Position numbers and translations under genes: made by a program
NCBI GenBank assembly: GCA_001003385.1
Contig: LCPA01000002.1
Span: 1 to 35,498 of the forward strand
DNA: 35,498 bases
Direction: 5' to 3'
Source of the DNA: Microgenomates group bacterium GW2011_GWF2_47_9
GTDB taxonomy: Bacteria; Patescibacteriota; Microgenomatia; UBA1400; UBA12108
Part shown: one piece after another, positions 17,737 to 25,224 of the stretch
Layout: every line of letters begins with the position of its first letter
How positions within the stretch are numbered: position 1 is the stretch's first letter
The notes under the pieces: model-generated
The model's database searches: none
What the model was told of the DNA's origin: nothing
What the model saw: the letters and a program-made list of their open reading frames with translations, nothing else

Positions 17737-18153
17737 CTAACTGCGAGCGTCTAGAGCCTGATTTACAAGCTGATCCGCGATTGAGTTATATTCGCGGCGA
17801 ATGTGGGTTATTGAGGGTTTGTTCAGCGCGTAAAAAAGTTTGTGTGCCTCGCGGTATTTGGGAAGTAATTCGGGGTTTTTGACTTTGAAAATACCCTTCA
17901 ACTGGTTGACAATGAGGAGCGAGTCCATAAATACTTCTAAGTCAGATGTGGGGTGATTGGTGACTACCCATTTGAGACCGGCAATCAGACCCTCGTATTC
18001 GGCTTGGTTGTTGGTGGTGATGCCTAGATAATTACCGCATTTTTCCAGAATTATCTCCGCACCACCGCTTGTTTCGAGGATGATGTAGCCATAGGCCGCG
18101 GGACCGGGATTGCCACGAGATCCGCCATCTGTGAAGAGTTTTAGTTTAGACAT
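17737..18153 (-). CDS. rnhA: Ribonuclease HI, 138 aa
   Basis: FTDGGSRGNPGPAAYG...TNNQAEYEGLIAGL...DSLLIVNQ...REYNSIADQLVN carries the DEDD RNase H signature. ATG at 18153 chosen over the track GTG at 18159. Confidence 0.85.
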   Translation of the reverse strand: MSKLKLFTDGGSRGNPGPAAYGYIILETSGGAEIILEKCGNYLGITTNNQAEYEGLIAGLKWVVTNHPTSDLEVFMDSLLIVNQLKGIFKVKNPELLPKYREAHKLFYALNKPSITHIRREYNSIADQLVNQALDARS

Positions 18154-19375
18154 GAGCACGTTTTTTAATGGTTACTAACCCGGTGAGAATAATTGTTTCT
18201 GTTGCGATAGTCAAGACTGCGGAGGCCGGGGAACCAAAGAGGGGAACAAAAAGATAATTTGAGAGCCCATTAAAAATGGCGGCAAATGCGTATACGACAA
18301 GAATTTGGCGCTCGAGTTTTTGTTCAATGAGGCCCCACATGAGAGGGGAAGTAAGGTAAAAAATAGGGAGCGAGAGAGCAAGAATTTGGAGAGTTTTGAT
18401 AGAAAGCGACATTTCACCCCTGAGGTGCGAGAGAAAAGGAGCGGAGGAAATAAGGGCTAGCGCGGCAAAGAAGCCTAAGACCAGTAGGGTTGTACTAGAT
18501 TTGTTGATGAGGGCAGTTTTTCCTCTCTTGGTCAGCCCAATTAGAGAAGGGTAGACGGCGTTCATGACGAAGGTGGGAAGCGTGAGGGCAACATCGAAGA
18601 TGCGATAGGCGAAGCCGTACTGGCCGACTTCGTAGGAGGGGCGAAAAATACCAAGAATAACGGTGTCTATTTTTGAGCTTATTATGCTGGCGATGAGGAT
18701 TAGCCCTAGGGGAAGCGAGGACTTTAGAACGCGCATTAGTCGTGGGAAAGGAACCGAAGAGAGGGGGGAGAGAATGGGCCTGAGAAAGAAAAGTGAGAAA
18801 ATAGCCATGGTGATGTAACCCAAAGTTGAGGCAAGAAGTAAGTTTTGAAGTGAAGGAGAGCGAGTTATTACAAGGTAGGTCAATATAGTTCCAAGCCCAG
18901 TCCCAAGCACAGTAATGACCCCTGTTTTCCAGTATTCTAGTCGCCGCTGAAACCAGGCGTTTGAGGATGTATATAGGCCTTGGAATAGCACAGAGAGTGA
19001 GCTTACCCAATAAACAGCTTTGATTCCAGCGTATCCGCCTGGGAGAATTAGAACAAAGATATTGATAACGAGAATGACGACAATTGAAAGGAAGAGACGT
19101 GCAAAGATTGTCTCCAAAAGGATTTGTCTTTGTTGCGCGAGGGATCCTGCCATATAGCGAACGGAGTGGGCATTGAGCCCAAAATCAATGGCGGTAAAGC
19201 CGACGGCTGTTAAAGCAAAGGCTTTGGTCAGATCACCAAACACACTTGAGTCTAGGCGCGAGATAATGAGTAAGGAAGTAGCAAAAGTGAGAATTACCGA
19301 GACGGCTTTGGTTAGAAGCTGAACAAAAGTGTTTAGAACTATTTTCTGATTTTTTGTTGAGATGGTTCTAATCAT
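18146..19375 (-). CDS. Polysaccharide/lipid-linked-oligosaccharide flippase (MOP/Wzx-like), about 409 aa
   Basis: Polytopic protein with about 12 TM segments and a typical Wzx-like N-terminus (VLNTFVQLLTKAVSVILTF). I trimmed the track start (19429) to the ATG at 19375, just after the upstream stop at 19368. Confidence 0.6.
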   Translation of the reverse strand: MIRTISTKNQKIVLNTFVQLLTKAVSVILTFATSLLIISRLDSSVFGDLTKAFALTAVGFTAIDFGLNAHSVRYMAGSLAQQRQILLETIFARLFLSIVVILVINIFVLILPGGYAGIKAVYWVSSLSVLFQGLYTSSNAWFQRRLEYWKTGVITVLGTGLGTILTYLVITRSPSLQNLLLASTLGYITMAIFSLFFLRPILSPLSSVPFPRLMRVLKSSLPLGLILIASIISSKIDTVILGIFRPSYEVGQYGFAYRIFDVALTLPTFVMNAVYPSLIGLTKRGKTALINKSSTTLLVLGFFAALALISSAPFLSHLRGEMSLSIKTLQILALSLPIFYLTSPLMWGLIEQKLERQILVVYAFAAIFNGLSNYLFVPLFGSPASAVLTIATETIILTGLVTIKKRAHV

Positions 19376-20570
19376 AGGTGGTACCAACTGATTTAAAGAT
19401 GAGGAGGAGGATAAACAAACCCTGGACACTCGTTAGCAGGAAGTGGTCAAAGAGGAGAAGGGGAAGAAGGGGTAAGAATGGTCTTAAGTTATTGCGAGGA
19501 CGATTGGCAAAAAATATAAACAAACTGATGATGCCTGCTAGGCCAAACCAAGAGCCCATGAGGGTTAATGAGTTGTGGTCGGGCTGAAGGAGGCGAGATG
19601 GATTGTTGTTTGGAGTGTAGGCCGTGAGAGATGAAGAGGAGCCGACACCAAAGAGGGGAAAGGCGCGGACAATGGAAAGAGAGGTTTTTTCTAGCTTGAG
19701 TCTTTCGCCAAGTGAGGTTCTGAGAGAGCGGGAACGGGAGATGTAGGGGAAAAGAGGGAGAGCAATAAGCGTGAGGACTATAAAGTACTTAGGCAGGAGC
19801 GCGCGATTGAGGACACAAAGCGGAAGGGCGAGAACAAAAAAGGCAAAAGCGGAAGTGAGAGATTGGGTTAGAACGAGGCTAAAAAAAACGAGGAGCGCGA
19901 GGTAGACGATTAATTTTCTTTGAGCTTTAAGCACACAGGCGAAGATAAATACCCCCACAAGCCACCCTGATAGGGCGTTTGGGTGGCTAAAGCTCCCATA
20001 TGCACGCAGAGCCAGTTCTTTAAAAAAACTACTTTTGGCGATGTTTGGCGAGGAAAGCGTAAACATCCGCTCACCAAACCAATAGAAGATGCCTTGAAGC
20101 GATCTCCCCAGAATAACCTGGGCAAGAGCCAACAAGATTTCGATCGTCGCAACGACGGTGAGCGGGGTGAGGGAATTTTTAAGGTCGCGAGTGGATAGAG
20201 TATCCAGAAGGGACAGATATAGAAATAATCTGCCTGACCACACAAGAGAAATGATGGGATTCATTGAGTAGAGAAGATTGATGACGAGCAAGGGAAGGAA
20301 GAAAATTGCTGTAGGAAAGATGGGGCGCTTTTTTTTGAAGAAATGGGTAACAAGGTATAGGACAACTAAGAGATCTAAAAGATAAATGGTGGGGGCAAGA
20401 TAGTCGATCCGTAGTCCATACAAGAGGGCTGATTCCGGCCAAAAGTGGATACCTAGTTGGGAGGCGGAGAAGAAGAAAATGGTTAGTGCGAGGAGTGATC
20501 TAGTTTTTCTTGGAGATAAATAGTCTACGCTCGCCACCTTCTCCCTCAGAATAGGTAGTAAATGTTTCAT
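19368..20570 (-). CDS. O-antigen-ligase/polymerase-like (Wzy_C) polytopic membrane protein, 400 aa
   Basis: About 10-12 TM segments with a loop containing SFSHPNALSGWL, which resembles the Wzy_C/O-antigen-ligase H-containing loop. The start at 20570 overlaps jag by 71 nt, so the start is uncertain. Confidence 0.5.
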   Translation of the reverse strand: MKHLLPILREKVASVDYLSPRKTRSLLALTIFFFSASQLGIHFWPESALLYGLRIDYLAPTIYLLDLLVVLYLVTHFFKKKRPIFPTAIFFLPLLVINLLYSMNPIISLVWSGRLFLYLSLLDTLSTRDLKNSLTPLTVVATIEILLALAQVILGRSLQGIFYWFGERMFTLSSPNIAKSSFFKELALRAYGSFSHPNALSGWLVGVFIFACVLKAQRKLIVYLALLVFFSLVLTQSLTSAFAFFVLALPLCVLNRALLPKYFIVLTLIALPLFPYISRSRSLRTSLGERLKLEKTSLSIVRAFPLFGVGSSSSLTAYTPNNNPSRLLQPDHNSLTLMGSWFGLAGIISLFIFFANRPRNNLRPFLPLLPLLLFDHFLLTSVQGLFILLLIFKSVGTTYD

Positions 20571-20955
20571 CCTGGCTCAAGAGGACATGGACTTGACGAC
20601 GTTCGGTTGAGGAAAGAGGGGGCATGGCATGTGCTGACCCCGTCTCGAGGACTTTGGCGGAAATTCTGGCAACCATCTCTTGTAATGTTTTGAGGCGATT
20701 CTCGCGATAACCTCCTACATCAAAGAGGATGTGCCGAGAAAGATTGCTTTTATTAACCATGAGAGAGATGAGAAGTTGGATCGAGTCTAGGGTGGAGGCA
20801 TAGCGGCCAATGTAGATGCCAGCGTCCTCGGCCGGAAGTGCGACCGAGATCGTAAGTAGCTCACCATCATCTTCAAAAGTGATTAGCTCTGTATTGAGGT
20901 TAAGATAGTTTAGGAATTGGATGATATTATCTTGTAGCTGTTTTTCGATTGACAT
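20500..20955 (-). CDS. jag: Jag/KhpB-type RNA-binding protein (KH + R3H), 151 aa
   Basis: C-terminal R3H motif (STERRQVHVLL) and the conserved position downstream of yidC. ATG at 20955 with a GGGAGG Shine-Dalgarno sequence (20960-20965) chosen over the track start at 20991. Confidence 0.75.
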   Translation of the reverse strand: MSIEKQLQDNIIQFLNYLNLNTELITFEDDGELLTISVALPAEDAGIYIGRYASTLDSIQLLISLMVNKSNLSRHILFDVGGYRENRLKTLQEMVARISAKVLETGSAHAMPPLSSTERRQVHVLLSQDETFTTYSEGEGGERRLFISKKN

Positions 20956-21691
20956 GATTCCTCCCAATTTTGATACCAAGTTTGCGTGCATATTTTACTA
21001 GCCCCCCTGGGCCTGAAATGACTAGTTGTTGGACGAGAGAAAAGGCAGTAGTGATTACCCAGTACAAGGAAAGGCCTGACGGAAATTGCAGGGCGAATAC
21101 CACGGTCATAATGGGCATGAGGAAAACCATTTGTTGTTGCATAGAGGTGGCCATTTCGGCAACATCTTCTTTTTGGGCTTTAGTGCCTGGCCGCTTCTCT
21201 GGTTCGTTTTCAACAGCGGGAAGAATTGCCATTGAAGTAAAGAGCTGGAGAATGCCGGCGAGAACAGGGAGAATGTAGGTTCCGTCTTTTTCTTTGAGGT
21301 TCCAAAAGAGAAAGTTGGTGTTGGTTAATACTGATTCGGCGCCGTTTAGAGAATTCATAAAAACCTGATATAGCGCGATAAGCACAATAAATTGAGCGAT
21401 ATATGGGAGACAGCCACCGGCGGGGTTCAGTTTGTGGGTCTTATAAAACTCTAGCTGTTTGGTTTGAAAAACTTTGGGATCATGGTCGTATTTTTTTTTG
21501 AGGGCGTCAAGCTGGGGTTTGAGGGCACTCATTTTTTTGGCCGACTTTAGGCTCGGCAAAGTAAAGGGAATAAGAAGGCCTCTAACCAGAAGAGTAAGAA
21601 TGATTGTCGCGAAGCCGAGATTATTGCCGGTGATCTGATAAAGCCAGATTAGGGTATTTAGAATGGGTTGATAGACAAGTGTGTGATACAT
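20927..21691 (-). CDS. yidC: Membrane protein insertase YidC (short Gram-positive/CPR type), 254 aa
   Basis: VYQPILN, LLVRGLLIPFTLP, HKLNPAGGCLPYIAQFIVLIALY, LSLYWVITTAFSLVQQ. It occupies the canonical position in rpmH-rnpA-yidD-yidC-jag. Confidence 0.9.
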   Translation of the reverse strand: MYHTLVYQPILNTLIWLYQITGNNLGFATIILTLLVRGLLIPFTLPSLKSAKKMSALKPQLDALKKKYDHDPKVFQTKQLEFYKTHKLNPAGGCLPYIAQFIVLIALYQVFMNSLNGAESVLTNTNFLFWNLKEKDGTYILPVLAGILQLFTSMAILPAVENEPEKRPGTKAQKEDVAEMATSMQQQMVFLMPIMTVVFALQFPSGLSLYWVITTAFSLVQQLVISGPGGLVKYARKLGIKIGRNHVNRKTATR

Positions 21692-21701
21692 AAATTAATT
21701 G

Positions 21702-21908
21702 TTAATCGGGAACCGGATCGTAGCCTCCACCCCCCAACGGATGACATTTTAGCAGTCTTTTGAGGATCAGCCAACTACCATGAAGAATGCCATGTTTTGC
21801 GAGAGCTTGTTTACCATAGGCCGAACAGGTTGGGTAATAGCGGCATTTGCCAGTTGCAAGTCCTAGATTTTGGGCGATAAGTTTAAGGATTGATGATGAG
21901 CGAATCAT
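21702..21908 (-). CDS. yidD: Membrane protein insertion efficiency factor YidD, 68 aa
   Basis: [15 protein letters not shown]...[24 protein letters not shown] is the YidD signature. ATGA overlap with the rnpA stop. Confidence 0.9.
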   Translation of the reverse strand: MIRSSSILKLIAQNLGLATGKCRYYPTCSAYGKQALAKHGILHGSWLILKRLLKCHPLGGGGYDPVPD

Positions 21909-22228
21909 ATTGAATTTAGACAGTTTAGTTCAGAGATTAAAAGAGCCTGTGTCGCAGGACCCTTTTGAAGTGGGATTGGCTTTAATAAAACTACGCACGA
22001 GAGATTTTTGGTCTTCACAAGCTCCCATGCGTGGTCATAGACTAGGCGTTTGAGCCAGTTGCGACTAGAGGCGAGCTTGAATGATTTCTTGGAGACAATA
22101 ACGGCAAGGGAAGAGATTTTGGAAGGAGAGAAGTAAATGCGAAAATGGGGGGTTTGGGCAAGACTTGCGTGACGGCGAAAAGAAAGAAACTCGGTCCTAA
22201 GAGGGAATTTTTGAAAAGAAGGAATCAT
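21905..22228 (-). CDS. rnpA: Ribonuclease P protein component, 107 aa
   Basis: Small basic protein between rpmH and yidD ([21 protein letters not shown]). ATG at 22228 (the track uses TTG at 22231). Confidence 0.8.
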   Translation of the reverse strand: MIPSFQKFPLRTEFLSFRRHASLAQTPHFRIYFSPSKISSLAVIVSKKSFKLASSRNWLKRLVYDHAWELVKTKNLSCVVLLKPIPLQKGPATQALLISELNCLNSI

Positions 22229-22232
22229 CAAG

Positions 22233-22370
22233 TTAGACGGTGAGGCGTTTACGAGATTTGGCTCGTCGACGCTTGAGAACTAGCCGACCAGTATGAGTCG
22301 CCATGCGAGTCAAAAATCCGTGGACACGAGCTCGTTTGGTTTTTTTAGGCTGATAGGTTCTTTTTGGCAT
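22233..22370 (-). CDS. rpmH: Ribosomal protein L34, 45 aa (not in the ORF track because it is too short)
   Basis: Manual translation of the minus strand gives [45 protein letters not shown], a textbook L34 sequence. The TAA stop is at 22233-22235. Confidence 0.93.
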   Translation of the reverse strand: MPKRTYQPKKTKRARVHGFLTRMATHTGRLVLKRRRAKSRKRLTV

Positions 22371-22376
22371 GGAGAG

Positions 22377-22385
22377 ATTTTACCA
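22377..22385 (-). promoter_or_regulatory. Extended -10 promoter TGgTAAAAT, 6 nt upstream of the rpmH ATG (candidate leaderless start)
   Basis: The minus strand reads GTGACA-18 nt-TGGTAAAAT-ctctcc-ATG. No Shine-Dalgarno sequence. Confidence 0.55.
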
Positions 22386-22425
22386 CGGGATGATAGATTT
22401 TGTCACTCATTGACACATTGCCCGA

Positions 22426-22445
22426 TGTGGAAAACTTGTGTATAT
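22426..22445 (+). promoter_or_regulatory. DnaA-box-like sites in the rpmH-dnaA divergent region (possible dnaA autoregulation)
   Basis: TGTGGAAAA (22426-22434) has one mismatch to TGTGGATAA. TGTGTATAT (22437-22445) is a weaker match and overlaps a possible dnaA -10 box TATATT (22441-22446). Confidence 0.35.
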
Positions 22446-22493
22446 TTATTCTGTTTCCTGCCTAAACTTAACTTTGTGTAGAGGGGAATATTA

Positions 22494-23849
22494 ATGGACA
22501 ACCAGGATTTATGGAAGGCGGTATTGAGCGAGTTGGAGCTGTCGATTTCGGGAGTAAATTACTCTACTTGGATCAAACCTTTAAATTTGATTGCGATTGA
22601 GGACAAGGGAGAGGGAAAAAGCTTAACCATAATCCAATGCCCCTCGCCATACCACAAACACATGGTGGAACAGAGATACCATGCTCAGATACAGAAAAGC
22701 TTGGAGAGAATTACGGAACAAAAAACTGAGGTGGTCTTTGAAGTGGGGAAAAGGAAGTCAAGCCCGGAAGCAGAGTTGTTTACTCCCCTTTTTTCCCAGA
22801 CCGGAGTAGGGAATACAAAAAGTGGCGCACATAATTTGAACCCAAGACTAACGTTTGAGACATATGTGGTTGGCTCTAGCAATAACTTTGCACATGCGGC
22901 GGCACAAGGGGTGGTGAAGAGTCCCGGCAAAAAATATAATCCTCTCTTTATATACGGAGGGGTGGGACTTGGGAAAACACACCTCATGCATGCTGTGGGA
23001 CACGAGTTATTTAAATTACATCCAGATTGGAATATTCTCTATATTTCTGCTGAGACTTTTGCTAATGATCTTATTTCTAGCTTGCAGAGCAAGAAGACAA
23101 CAACATTTAAAAAAAGGTATCGATCCTGCGATCTTTTAATGGTTGATGATATCCAGTTTATTTCGGGGAAAGAGTTTACTCAAGAGGAGTTTTTTCATAC
23201 TTTTAATGAGTTGCATATGAACGAAAGACAGATAATTTTATCCTCTGATCGACCACCACAGGAAATGGCGAAAATCGAAGAGCGGTTGTCCTCTAGGTTT
23301 ATGGGTGGACTTACCGTCGATATCCAACCTCCAGATTTTGAGATGCGAGTCGCAATCTTGACCCAAAAGGCCAAGGAAATGGGTCTTTCAATCCCACCGG
23401 AATCAATTTCCTTAGTCGCTGAGAAGACGGCGACCAATATAAGGGAGCTTGAGGGGGTGTTCCGAAAGGTTGTGGCTGTTGCTGATCAGAGAGGCGGGGA
23501 AATTAGTGGAGAGCTTGTGAGAGAGTTTTTCGGAGTAGAGCAGGAAAGAAGAACCCAACGGATAAGACCAAGTCTAGTCATCAATAAAACAGCACAGTAT
23601 TTTGAATACAAGACGGGAGACCTAACGGGAAAGAGCCGAAAAGCTCCCATCACGAATGCAAGGCATATAGCGATGTATTTGATAAAAACTGAGCTTGACA
23701 TACCATACGAGCAGATCGGAGAACTTTTCGGGGGGAGGGACCACACGACAGCCATGCACGGAGTTCTAAAAGTGACAGAAGGAATCAAAACGGAAGCAGA
23801 GGTTGCCAAACACATCGCAGACATTAAGCACATGGTTTTTAGTCAATAG
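22494..23849 (+). CDS. dnaA: Chromosomal replication initiator DnaA, 451 aa
   Basis: Walker A GGVGLGKTHLMHA, Walker B LLMVDDIQF, and the C-terminal DNA-binding helix (KSRKAPITNARHIAMYL...GGRDHTTAMHG). GAGGGG Shine-Dalgarno sequence upstream. Confidence 0.97.
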   Translation: MDNQDLWKAVLSELELSISGVNYSTWIKPLNLIAIEDKGEGKSLTIIQCPSPYHKHMVEQRYHAQIQKSLERITEQKTEVVFEVGKRKSSPEAELFTPLFSQTGVGNTKSGAHNLNPRLTFETYVVGSSNNFAHAAAQGVVKSPGKKYNPLFIYGGVGLGKTHLMHAVGHELFKLHPDWNILYISAETFANDLISSLQSKKTTTFKKRYRSCDLLMVDDIQFISGKEFTQEEFFHTFNELHMNERQIILSSDRPPQEMAKIEERLSSRFMGGLTVDIQPPDFEMRVAILTQKAKEMGLSIPPESISLVAEKTATNIRELEGVFRKVVAVADQRGGEISGELVREFFGVEQERRTQRIRPSLVINKTAQYFEYKTGDLTGKSRKAPITNARHIAMYLIKTELDIPYEQIGELFGGRDHTTAMHGVLKVTEGIKTEAEVAKHIADIKHMVFSQ

Positions 23850-24126
23850 GGGTTGCCTTTATCCACTACTAGTGTTGATAACTATGGGGAAAATAGACGG
23901 GGATCGAATAATTATTTGTGGATAACAAGACAAAAAATGGTTATACACATAAAGGGAAAAGTTATCCACCAAGTTATCAACTAAGAAACGTGGGTTATAT
24001 GCTAAGTTTTCTACCGGTCTACCCAGAGAATAATTCACTAATCCACCATATATACTAATACTGCTACTAAAGGAAACTTAAATAAATAATTATGTATAAT
24101 GTGCACAGTCAGAAAAAGGAGAAGAA
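23850..24126. other. Chromosomal replication origin (oriC) between dnaA and dnaN
   Basis: DnaA boxes: TTATCCACT (23859-23867), perfect TGTGGATAA (23917-23925), TTATACACA (23941-23949), TTATCCACC (23962-23970) and TAATCCACC (24039-24047). These are followed by a 3-nt periodic CTA/ATA run (24052-24069), an AT-rich stretch (24070-24100), and the dnaN -10 box TATAAT (24095-24100). Confidence 0.8.
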
Positions 24127-25224
24127 ATGAAAATCGAAGTATTGCAGGAAGAACTTATTAAGGGAATAGGGGTTGTGGGGAGGGTTGTCTCGAACCGAGC
24201 TCAACTGGCAGTACTTGGGAATATCTTGATTGAAGCACAAAAGACTGGACTTAGACTTTCGGGGACCGATCTTCAGATAGGGATGAGTATTGGTTTGCCA
24301 GCGAAAGTAAGTGAGACTGGAAGAATCACAGTTCCTGCAAAGGTTTTACAAGAATTTGTCGGGTCGTTAGCGCCGGGAAGGCTTACCTTGGAACTAAAGC
24401 AAGATACGCTAATTGTTGAGGGGGGGAGTTATCGAGGGAAGTTTCAGACGATATCTGCGGAAGAATTCCCAGCTATTCCAGTTTTGCCTGATAATAAGGC
24501 AAAAATCATAGTGAGACAGAGCGAGTTTGCCGAGATGTCGACAAAGGTGATATTTGCCGCCGCAAAGGATAGTTTGAGGCCAGTATTGACGGGAATTTTG
24601 CTTGAACTGTCTAAGACTAGTTTGAGGATGGTCGCTACAGATGGATTTCGATTGTCAGTTGGCAAAATTAAGGCACAGGGAGCGGACTCTTTGAGGAGTG
24701 TTTTGATACCGATGCAGGCAATTGCGGAAGTAGCCAGATTTGAAGGGGAAGAGGAGTTACAAATAGTGAGCGTAGAGGAATCTAATCAAGTGATTTTCCA
24801 GGCGGGGGAGAGCCTGTTGGTAAGTCAGGTAATTGACGGGAATTATCCGGATTATAATAAAATAATTCCAAAGGAGTCTAAGAGTGAGGTTGTGGTTAAC
24901 CGGGAGGAGCTTTTGCAGGCTGTAAGGGTGGCTCATATTTTTGCCAGGGAAAATTCGAACATGATGAAATGGGACGTTAATGAGAAGGAGATAGTAATTA
25001 TTGCAGAATCGCCAGAAAGAGGCGATTCGGAAGCGAGAGTCCCTGCCAAAATTGACGGAGAGGGAGGGAAGATTATTTTTAATGCGAAGTTTCTTCTTGA
25101 TTTTTTGAGTGTAGCAAAGGGGAGCGAGATAACATTTGGGATGGGGGAGCCACTTGACGCCGGGGTATTTCGTTCGACCGGCGACGAGGGACTTTTGTAT
25201 ATCGTAATGCCAATTAATGCCTAG
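24127..25224 (+). CDS. dnaN: DNA polymerase III beta sliding clamp, 365 aa
   Basis: Typical DnaN length, position after dnaA, and sequence (LRPVLTGILLE...LRMVATDGFRLS...VIDGNYPDYNKIIP). AAGGAG Shine-Dalgarno sequence upstream. Confidence 0.95.
   Translation: MKIEVLQEELIKGIGVVGRVVSNRAQLAVLGNILIEAQKTGLRLSGTDLQIGMSIGLPAKVSETGRITVPAKVLQEFVGSLAPGRLTLELKQDTLIVEGGSYRGKFQTISAEEFPAIPVLPDNKAKIIVRQSEFAEMSTKVIFAAAKDSLRPVLTGILLELSKTSLRMVATDGFRLSVGKIKAQGADSLRSVLIPMQAIAEVARFEGEEELQIVSVEESNQVIFQAGESLLVSQVIDGNYPDYNKIIPKESKSEVVVNREELLQAVRVAHIFARENSNMMKWDVNEKEIVIIAESPERGDSEARVPAKIDGEGGKIIFNAKFLLDFLSVAKGSEITFGMGEPLDAGVFRSTGDEGLLYIVMPINA

Noticed and set aside
18495-20442. Out-of-frame minus-strand ORFs (18495-19010 of 171 aa, 19910-20245 of 111 aa, 20179-20442 of 87 aa) within the flippase and ligase-like genes
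   Set aside because: They overlap longer ORFs that encode coherent polytopic membrane proteins. Their own products are Arg/Ser/Pro/Cys/His-rich low-complexity sequences typical of alternative frames.
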